Assembly (NCBI GenBank): GCA_028687275.1
Contig: JAQUAK010000001.1
Span: forward strand, 292,213 to 356,212
DNA length: 64,000 bases
Source: Patescibacteria group bacterium
GTDB taxonomy: Bacteria; Patescibacteriota; Patescibacteriia; Patescibacteriales; UBA12465
Direction: 5' to 3'
Shown here piece after piece: positions 18,520-25,586 of the stretch; positions within the stretch are counted from its first letter, which is position 1; each line of letters opens with the position of its first letter. The position numbers and the translations under genes were made by a program. The notes below the pieces were generated by a model. The model did not search any database. It saw only the letters and a program-made list of their open reading frames with translations, and was not told the DNA's origin.

Positions 18520-19290
18520 ATGTTTAAAAATGACAGATTAAAAAAATCGCCACTTAGAAAAGAGTCTTTACGTCGAGCAGGACAGTCTTTAGACGAAAAA
18601 ATTAATAAAGAGATTGATGATAAAATAATCTTTCCGTTTATAGTCGTCTTTGTTATTTGGGCTATCGTAATTATTTCGTGGTTGAGCATTTATTTTAAAA
18701 TCTCTTATAATCCACAGATTTTTACAATTGCGGCGATTCTAGTTACTATTTTTTTTGCTATTAAAATTCCAGCGGCTATTAAAAATATTAAAAACATGCG
18801 ACTAGGTAGAGATGGTGAGTGTATAGTAGCTGAATCCCTGGAGGAGCTTAGATCAGTAGGCTATAAAATTTATAATGATATAGTAGGAGAATCTTTCAAT
18901 ATTGATCATATAATAGTCGGTCCAGGTGGTGTATTTACTATAGAAACCAAAACATACAGAAAGCGAGTCGGCACTAATCCCCAGGTTAATTATGATGGTA
19001 ATGTTATAAAAATTGATGGAGCTGTATACCCAAAAGATGCTATTCAGCAAGCAAAGGGGCAAATGTATTGGCTAGAGGGATTTATAAAAGATAAGGTCAA
19101 GTTGACCATGAATGTTATTCCTGTGGTTATTTTTCCAGGATGGTTTATTACTGGCAATAATAGTAGTAGAGAAGTTTGGGTTTTAAATGAAAATTCTCTG
19201 TTAACAATATTAAAAAGTAGGGAGCAAATATTAAATAAAGAGCAAATAAATTTAATTGCAAGTCATATTGAGAGTTATAATAGAAGTTAG
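18520..19290 (+). CDS. Membrane-anchored NERD-domain nuclease-like protein
   Basis: Two N-terminal TM helices, then GRDGECIVAESL...NIDHIIVGPGGVFTIETKTY (NERD D/E...ExK core). Confidence 0.75.
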   Translation: MFKNDRLKKSPLRKESLRRAGQSLDEKINKEIDDKIIFPFIVVFVIWAIVIISWLSIYFKISYNPQIFTIAAILVTIFFAIKIPAAIKNIKNMRLGRDGECIVAESLEELRSVGYKIYNDIVGESFNIDHIIVGPGGVFTIETKTYRKRVGTNPQVNYDGNVIKIDGAVYPKDAIQQAKGQMYWLEGFIKDKVKLTMNVIPVVIFPGWFITGNNSSREVWVLNENSLLTILKSREQILNKEQINLIASHIESYNRS

Positions 19291-19311
19291 TTTAATATAT
19301 AAAAGTATATT

Positions 19312-20943
19312 ATGTTAGAAAAAATTTTTTTGAAAAATTATCGCAGTTTTGGTGGAGGTGGCGTGCATGTAGACGGACTGGGCAAGGTGAATATTTTTAT
19401 TGGAAAAAATAACTGTGGTAAAACTAATCTATTAAGATTCCTTGATTTTTTAGATAAAAATTTACCATTAGGAAATGCTAGTCCTAGTAAACATGCCTTA
19501 GATATAGATGATTATTTAAATTCGGACACAAAAAATCAAGTGGAGCTTGTAATTAATAATAACATTCCGGATACTTTAGCTGGAGATTTGGAGACTATGG
19601 GCATAGTTAATTTGGAACGGAAATTTATTTTTTCTGCAATGAATGGTGAACGCACTAGCATCTCAACAAATAATACATTTAATAAAGGCACAGTTATTGA
19701 AGAGGCTGTAAGAAAATATGTTACAAATACTCTGCACGGCCCAAGTGGCGGACCTTTTGAGGATAGGCTGAGAGATTTAGATATTGGAGTAATACAGAAT
19801 ATTTTTCCCAACATTCCCAGAGTAATTTTTTTAGAAGAATATAGAAAATTATCAAATGATCGTGGATTAAGGGCGCAGCTTAATAGTATTATTAATTATA
19901 ATCATCTTTCAAGAGCTAAAAATAAAAAGAAGAAAGAGGACTTACTTCAATTTATTTCAGATATTTTAGGTGAGAGCGCAGAAATAAATATCCCCTCATT
20001 AGAAGAAGAAATAGAATTAATAATGAATAATGATAAACATCTACCATTAACTCATTTTGGCACCGGCATACAAGACGTTCTTCTCCTAGGCATGTATTTG
20101 ACCGCAAATGATGACATGATTATTTGCATTGATGAGCCAGAGCTTCATCTCCATCCCGGTATTCAAAAATCTCTATTAAAATTTATTTCTGAGAAAACTA
20201 ATAATCAATATTTTATATCTACTCATTCAAATGCCTTTTTAGATTTTAAGATTAAAGACAAAAAGGTTTTTAGGGTTTGCTTAGATAGGCATGGTAATAC
20301 AAATATTGATTTATGTGAGAATATAAGTAGCACCCATAATATTTTGGATGATTTAGGTATTGGGGCAAGTGATATAATGCAGTCAAACGGGATTATTTGG
20401 GTGGAGGGTCCCAGCGACAGGGTTTACATAAAAAAGTGGCTAGAAATATTAGCCCCAGATTTGATAAATGATTTTCACTACTCTTTTCAATTTTATGGCG
20501 GAACAATATTAAGTCATTATGCGGTTAGTGAAAATTACTTTTCAGATTACATTAATTTATTAATGATAAATAGAAATTCATACATAGTTATGGACAGTGA
20601 CATGGATAGAGAGTTCATCACTGAAGATCTTAGAGAGACTAAACAAAGAGTAATTAATGAGTGCAACCAAAATGGTTTAGGGTACTGGGTTACAAGCGGA
20701 AGAGAAATAGAAAATTATTTGAGCAATAATTTATTAGAAAATTGTTTTAATGAACAAGTATCTCGTGATAAATTTTTAAAAATTGAAAGTTATTGTAGTC
20801 ATTTTAATTCCAAAAAAAAGATAGATTTTGCTAAAGTGGTTTCAAATGCTATGACAGTAGACGAATTCGATGATAATTATGATTTAAAGATAAAGATGGA
20901 TGAATTAATACAGAAAATTAAAGATTGGAATAATATAGAATAA
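19312..20943 (+). CDS. OLD-family ATPase-Toprim nuclease (AAA_15/21-type ABC ATPase plus Toprim/DUF4435-like domain)
   Basis: Walker A GKNNCGKTN. Walker B/D-loop ICIDEPELHLHP. Toprim glutamate in IIWVEGPSDRVY and DxD in VMDSDMD. Confidence 0.78.
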   Translation: MLEKIFLKNYRSFGGGGVHVDGLGKVNIFIGKNNCGKTNLLRFLDFLDKNLPLGNASPSKHALDIDDYLNSDTKNQVELVINNNIPDTLAGDLETMGIVNLERKFIFSAMNGERTSISTNNTFNKGTVIEEAVRKYVTNTLHGPSGGPFEDRLRDLDIGVIQNIFPNIPRVIFLEEYRKLSNDRGLRAQLNSIINYNHLSRAKNKKKKEDLLQFISDILGESAEINIPSLEEEIELIMNNDKHLPLTHFGTGIQDVLLLGMYLTANDDMIICIDEPELHLHPGIQKSLLKFISEKTNNQYFISTHSNAFLDFKIKDKKVFRVCLDRHGNTNIDLCENISSTHNILDDLGIGASDIMQSNGIIWVEGPSDRVYIKKWLEILAPDLINDFHYSFQFYGGTILSHYAVSENYFSDYINLLMINRNSYIVMDSDMDREFITEDLRETKQRVINECNQNGLGYWVTSGREIENYLSNNLLENCFNEQVSRDKFLKIESYCSHFNSKKKIDFAKVVSNAMTVDEFDDNYDLKIKMDELIQKIKDWNNIE

Positions 20944-21094
20944 ACAGAAGATGCAAAAGAATATCTTTTTATAACAGGATTTGATATAATATTGATGAAT
21001 ATTTATTAAATAAAGATAAAGTATTTTATCAGTTTTGTTTAATATATAATATATGCATTTGACTTTTTATGAAAAATGAAATATATTGATTATA

Positions 21095-21124
21095 CAAAAA
21101 AACTCCTGAATTTCATTTCAGGAG
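21095..21124 (-). terminator. Terminator oriented for a minus-strand transcript
   Basis: CTCCTGAA/TTCAGGAG 8-bp stem with an A run on the plus strand upstream, which reads as a U run on the minus strand. Confidence 0.55.
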
Positions 21125-21666
21125 TATAAAATTTACATAAATCAGCAACCATTGTTTTACGTTAAGTTAATTGTCTCTTTTGATGAAGAACCGTTCCAGC
21201 GGTTCTTTTCTTATATTCGGGGCATTTTTAAGTACCTCGTTTTTTTAGGGAATATATACTTTCCATTTTTTACTACAAAATTACACAGTAAATATTCTCG
21301 TCCGTCATTATCTGTTATATTAAAACATCTCTGGGTGGGCCTTTTCATGTTATTTTGGCTCACCCATAAAACTGTTACACACTTTTAAGGGTGAGCAGTT
21401 ATATGGTTGCTGGTTTGTATAAATTTTTAAATAACTTAACGCAATCATTCCTATTGGCAACACACTACATATTGTGGTTGATTAGATAAATCTATAGCAT
21501 TTCTTTACTTTTATTATCCAACTTTAGCACAATAGTTTTCAAGGGTCAAAAAATACTAATATTAAGTAAAATAATATGTATTTACAAATTTTAAAAATTG
21601 GGGTGTGGATAACTATTTATTAAAAATGATAGATATAAGCATTAATTAACAATCTTATTTATCACT

Positions 21667-21855
21667 CCTCTTTGTATTGCCAGAGAAACAAAAAACTGTG
21701 ACGCTATTGTGACTGAAAGGCGACAAAAACTGGTAATTTGTGGATACGGCTGACAACTTAGAAGGTGAAAAAAATATCTAAAAATAGATAAATTTAGCTA
21801 ATATTAAATAAAATTCTAAATCATCAATTTTTACTTCGAACCCCACTCTGGGAGC
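21667..21855 (+). repeat. Direct repeat DR2, ending in a 19/21 copy of the tRNA-Asn 3' end (candidate attR)
   Basis: Aligns with 12071-12260 along its whole length. 21835-21855 is TTCGAACCCCACTCTGGGAGC. Confidence 0.85.
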
Positions 21856-21870
21856 CCCTCCCATCCACCA

Positions 21871-21891
21871 AACGAGCCCCCCCTCGTTTTT
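21871..21891 (+). terminator. Terminator hairpin at the island's right flank; possibly the original tRNA terminator
   Basis: AACGAG-CCCCCC-CTCGTT followed by a T run. Confidence 0.55.
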
Positions 21892-21908
21892 CTCTATTCT
21901 TTACAGGT

Positions 21909-21920
21909 GAACGTTTGTTT
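21909..21920. promoter_or_regulatory. Candidate LexA operator (Cheo-box-like GAAC-N4-GTTT)
   Basis: GAACGTTTGTTT lies 30 nt upstream of the lexA ATG. One mismatch to GAAC-N4-GTTC. Confidence 0.5.
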
Positions 21921-21949
21921 ACTATACTGTCATTAGTAAACAGAAAAAT

Positions 21950-22516
21950 ATGATTGAAAAATATAAGCAACAAATTGTTAAGTTCTATCGCCAAAATAAA
22001 AGAATGCCTAACTTTTCTGAAGTAATGGTGCTCTTAGCTTTTAAGTCTAAGAATGCTGTTTTTAAATTAGTCAGTAAATTAGAAGAGGATAATTTCTTAA
22101 GTAAGGATGAGAAGGGCAAACTAATACCGAAGAATCTATACGGTGAGCTTAGAGTCTTAGGAGAAGTGGAGGCGGGCTTTCCTTCGGCCGCTGAAGAGGA
22201 ATTAGCCGATACGATGAGCATGGATGAATATCTGATTAAAAATAAAGAAGCCAGCTACCTACTTAAGGTTAGTGGCGACTCCATGAAGGACGCGGGTATA
22301 ATGAATGGTGATATGGTCTTGGTTGATCGTAGTGTAACGGCTGTGCCTGGTGATATTGTTATTGCCGAAGTTGATAAGCAGTGGACCATTAAATATTTAA
22401 GGAAAAAAGGGAAGGAGACCTACTTAGAACCGGCTAATAAGAAATTTGCCAATATTTACCCGACGGAGGAATTAAAGATTGCCGCGGTCGTTAAGGCAGT
22501 GATTAGAAAATACTAA
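21950..22516 (+). CDS. lexA: LexA-type repressor (HTH plus S24 peptidase)
   Basis: Ala-Gly cleavage site in VEAGFPS. Catalytic Ser in GDSMKDAGI. Lys in TIKYLRKKG. Confidence 0.85.
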   Translation: MIEKYKQQIVKFYRQNKRMPNFSEVMVLLAFKSKNAVFKLVSKLEEDNFLSKDEKGKLIPKNLYGELRVLGEVEAGFPSAAEEELADTMSMDEYLIKNKEASYLLKVSGDSMKDAGIMNGDMVLVDRSVTAVPGDIVIAEVDKQWTIKYLRKKGKETYLEPANKKFANIYPTEELKIAAVVKAVIRKY

Positions 22517-22517
22517 T

Positions 22518-23822
22518 ATGGCCTATACTTTGTCCTCATTTCCGCAAGCGATTTTACACGTGGACGCTGATTCTTTTTTTGCCTCCTGCGAGGTTGCTCG
22601 TCATCCCGAGTTAAAAGGCAAGCCAGTGGTAACCGGCTTAGAGCGGGGCATTGTCTCCTCTTTAACTTATGAAGCTAAGGCTCGTGGAGTAAGAAGAGCC
22701 ATGTCTTTTCGGGAGGTAAAGAAAATATGTCCAGATGTAGTTTTTTTACCTTCTGACTATGAAACCTATAGCTTATATTCTTTGCGGATGTTTAGCATTG
22801 TCCGGCGCTTTACGCCTGAGGTGGAAGAATATAGCATTGATGAGTGTTTCGCCGATTTAACGGGCATGCAGAGGCCAAATCAGCTCTCCTATGAGAAGAT
22901 GGCAGCGAAGATTAAAGCTGCCTTAGATAGCGAGTTAGGCTTTACCTTCTCTATCGGTTTAGCGCCCACGAAAGTACTAGCGAAAATTGGCTCTAAGTGG
23001 AAAAAGCCCTCTGGCTTAACTATAATTTCTAGCAATGAAATCAATAATTATCTCAGCCAGTTAAAAGTTGATGCCGTTTGGGGCATTGGACCACATACCA
23101 GTGCTTATTTAAATAAACTAGGAATTAATACCGCTTTGCAATTTGCCGAAAAAGATGAGGATTGGGTTAAAAATAGATTAACTAAACCCCATCAGGAAAT
23201 CTGGCAGGAGTTAAGAGGGCAAATGGTTTATAAAGTTGATGCCAATAAAAAGAGTAGCTATCAATCAATTAGCAAAACTAAAACTTTTACCCCACCCTCA
23301 AGGGAGAGGGAATATATATTCAGTCAGCTTTCTAAGAATACGGAAAATGCCTGTATTAAACTAAGACGCTATCAGTTAGCAACTAAGAAGGTTTTCTTTT
23401 TCCTAAAGACTCAAGATTTTATTTGTCAGGGCTATGAGTTTAAACTTGTTCGTCCGACTGATAATCCGGTGGAGATTATTAAAATGATTAATAAATACTT
23501 TGATTCCGTCTTAACCGTGGGGCATTTATTTAGGGCTAGTGGTATTATTTTACTTGATTTAGTGGCCAATTTTTCTCGACAAGCCGATTTGTTTAATGAA
23601 GTGGCAACTGCCGAAAAGATTTCTCGCATCTTTGCTAGCGTTGATGGTGTTTCCAAACGCTATGGCAAGCACACCCTGTTTCTGGGCTCTAGTTTATCAG
23701 CCATAACTGAGCCTCAGCACGCTGGGACTCGTCAAATAGCGGCTGAGCGTAAGCATGATTTATTTAAAGGTGAGACCATCAGAAAAAAATTAGCCATACC
23801 TTTTTTAGGGACAGTGGTTTAA
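22518..23822 (+). CDS. Y-family translesion DNA polymerase (UmuC/DinB-like)
   Basis: ILHVDADSFFASCEV and YSIDECFADLTG catalytic motifs. Starts 2 nt after the lexA stop. Confidence 0.88.
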   Translation: MAYTLSSFPQAILHVDADSFFASCEVARHPELKGKPVVTGLERGIVSSLTYEAKARGVRRAMSFREVKKICPDVVFLPSDYETYSLYSLRMFSIVRRFTPEVEEYSIDECFADLTGMQRPNQLSYEKMAAKIKAALDSELGFTFSIGLAPTKVLAKIGSKWKKPSGLTIISSNEINNYLSQLKVDAVWGIGPHTSAYLNKLGINTALQFAEKDEDWVKNRLTKPHQEIWQELRGQMVYKVDANKKSSYQSISKTKTFTPPSREREYIFSQLSKNTENACIKLRRYQLATKKVFFFLKTQDFICQGYEFKLVRPTDNPVEIIKMINKYFDSVLTVGHLFRASGIILLDLVANFSRQADLFNEVATAEKISRIFASVDGVSKRYGKHTLFLGSSLSAITEPQHAGTRQIAAERKHDLFKGETIRKKLAIPFLGTVV

Positions 23823-23834
23823 TCTCATATATTT

Positions 23835-24095
23835 ATGATCCAATATTTTCTCTATATAATTGAGTGCCAGGACGGAACGCTCTATACGGGTATAACGACT
23901 GATTTAGAGCGGCGAATAGATGAGCATAATCAGTCTCCGCTTGGCGCCCGCTATACACGGGGTCGAGGACCAGTTAAATTAGTTTACTCTAAAAAATTTA
24001 ATAACCGCTCTTTAGCCTCTAAAGAAGAATATCGCATCAAAAAGCTTTCTCGGGTAGGGAAGTTGGAGATGATAGGGGCGGAGGAGGGGATTTGA
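23835..24095 (+). CDS. GIY-YIG nuclease superfamily protein (UPF0213-like)
   Basis: YIIECQDGTLYTGITTDLERRIDEHN. Confidence 0.8.
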   Translation: MIQYFLYIIECQDGTLYTGITTDLERRIDEHNQSPLGARYTRGRGPVKLVYSKKFNNRSLASKEEYRIKKLSRVGKLEMIGAEEGI

Positions 24096-24194
24096 ATTAT
24101 GAATTTTTAAAATTGATTGCACTTTAGAGAAAATCTTGACAAAATCATTATATTATTTTAAAATCTCTAGTTACTCTAGTTTTTTAACAAATAG

Positions 24195-24259
24195 ATTAAT
24201 GTGTTAATTATTAAGTTCAGCTACCCGTTTAGGTAGATTTAATAATTAACACAATTAAT
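24195..24259 (+). promoter_or_regulatory. Long AT-rich extended hairpin in the 5' leader of the downstream gene
   Basis: ATTAATGTGTTAATTATTAA pairs with TTAATAATTAACACAATTAAT. Inner hairpin CTACC-CGTTTA-GGTAG. Confidence 0.45.
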
Positions 24260-24286
24260 TCTAATTATATAACCAAAACGACAATC

Positions 24287-25288
24287 ATGAAAAAACTGTG
24301 GATTCTCTTATTAGTTGCCTTCATCGCAACGTTATTAATTGTCGGATTTTATCCGAAGATTAAACTTTTTATGAGCGAGGATCAAAATCCAGGTTTAGTA
24401 AAAAGACAAATTGTTATTGAACCTACGCCTATTTTTACCATTGAAATGCAAGATGGAAAATTTGGCTTACGACTCGGGATGCAATTAATGACTCCCTGCA
24501 AGTATGATTCAATTGATGTTTCTGGGTCATATCCTATCCTTTATAGTAATGTAAAGGATAAGTATATTTTCAGTCTGAAATCAGGCAAAAAAATTCGCTT
24601 AGCTGGTCCGTTTACAAGGGTTGATCAAATTGATCCAGACATTTTCCTGGTAGGCCCTGTTTATGGCGACTACGCTTTCTACAAGCCAATTGGCGGTGAC
24701 TTAATATTTAAGGATACGATTAGATCAAGAGTTAAAGGTGTTGGGGGTCTCTTCTGGGTTTATACTAAGTCTGGCAAGAAAGGAATATTTTCTAATTTAG
24801 AATATCGTGGCTACATTCTTCCCATTGATTATTACAGCTTTGTTAAGGTAAAAAAAGATTACCTTCCATATATAAGTTGTATTGGGGTTTCAGAGACCTT
24901 TCACTATTATATTCAGTACTACACAAAAAATTCTTGGGGCATGTCGCATACTCAAATAGGTGGGGAGATGGGTTCAGCCATACCAAGAATTTGTAGAAAC
25001 AAAATAACCAATAAAAATCTTGATGCTATATTTGGCATTAACACATCCATTGATAAAATTTATGATAATGGCTTTGCAATTTTAAAGTCAGGATCTAATT
25101 ATGCTTTACTTAGCAATGGTTGTGGCTTAGTTGTGCCATTTAAGTATCACGATTATTTAATGACTGATTCTGTGGGTTATTTTTTTTCGGATAGTACCAC
25201 CCTGATTAAAAAAATTATTCCAATCTCAGGAAGTGATATTGATTATAGATTACGTAAGGAGGCAGACCCTGAGTTGTATGATGATTAA
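24287..25288 (+). CDS. WG-repeat-like protein with an N-terminal membrane anchor
   Basis: Repeated xDGKFGL...YDSI-type units. Signal/TM helix at the N-terminus. Confidence 0.5.
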   Translation: MKKLWILLLVAFIATLLIVGFYPKIKLFMSEDQNPGLVKRQIVIEPTPIFTIEMQDGKFGLRLGMQLMTPCKYDSIDVSGSYPILYSNVKDKYIFSLKSGKKIRLAGPFTRVDQIDPDIFLVGPVYGDYAFYKPIGGDLIFKDTIRSRVKGVGGLFWVYTKSGKKGIFSNLEYRGYILPIDYYSFVKVKKDYLPYISCIGVSETFHYYIQYYTKNSWGMSHTQIGGEMGSAIPRICRNKITNKNLDAIFGINTSIDKIYDNGFAILKSGSNYALLSNGCGLVVPFKYHDYLMTDSVGYFFSDSTTLIKKIIPISGSDIDYRLRKEADPELYDD

Positions 25289-25347
25289 ACGCTAAAGCAA
25301 ATAGATCTTTAAGGATAGATATTTATATATCTATCCTTTTTTATTAA

Positions 25348-25512
25348 TGTTTTAATTATCTAAAAGTTTTTGATTGGTTAACGCCGATTAATGAGTGGGA
25401 AGAAATTAAAAAGAACAATGTTAGCGTGGCGATTATTATTTCTGCTCTAATTATCGGCACCTCTTTAGTTATTGGGTTGACTATATTAGGTATTCTTCTT
25501 TTCTCTTTATAG
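25348..25512 (+). pseudogene. Start-less fragment resembling one DUF350 membrane repeat
   Basis: Frame reads DWLTPINEWEEIKKNNVSVAIIISALIIGTSLVIGLTILGILLFSL* with no ATG/GTG/TTG near the 5' end. Confidence 0.3.
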
Positions 25513-25586
25513 AAATTATATCCCTGATTAAATTTACAAAATAGTATTTTTATGATATTTTTTGTGTATAAAATAATAATCAAAAT

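Larger units (their letters stand above)
11212..21855. mobile_element. tRNA-Asn-associated genomic island: tandem integrative modules with att-like scars and no integrase
   Basis: Starts at the tRNA 3' end and ends at a 19/21 copy of the tRNA 3' end (21835-21855). Internal exact and diverged copies are present. Visibly more AT-rich than the flanks. Cargo is defence-like. Confidence 0.6.

Noticed and set aside
21152-21388. 78-aa plus-strand ORF in the island tail
   Set aside because: It has Phe/Leu/Tyr-rich low-complexity composition typical of AT-rich noncoding DNA, no plausible ribosome-binding context, and overlaps the hairpins.
11212-21855. CRISPR array or integron as an explanation for the recurring repeats
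   Set aside because: Repeat spacing is irregular (tens of nt to 8 kb) and the repeats are tRNA-3'-end derivatives rather than short palindromic units. No cas genes, no IntI-type integrase and no attC-like imperfect palindromes were seen.
21927-21943. E. coli-type SOS box CTGT-N-ACAG upstream of lexA
   Set aside because: The spacer is 9 nt rather than 8 and the flanks do not match TACTGT/ACAGTA. The adjacent GAAC-N4-GTTT box fits better.
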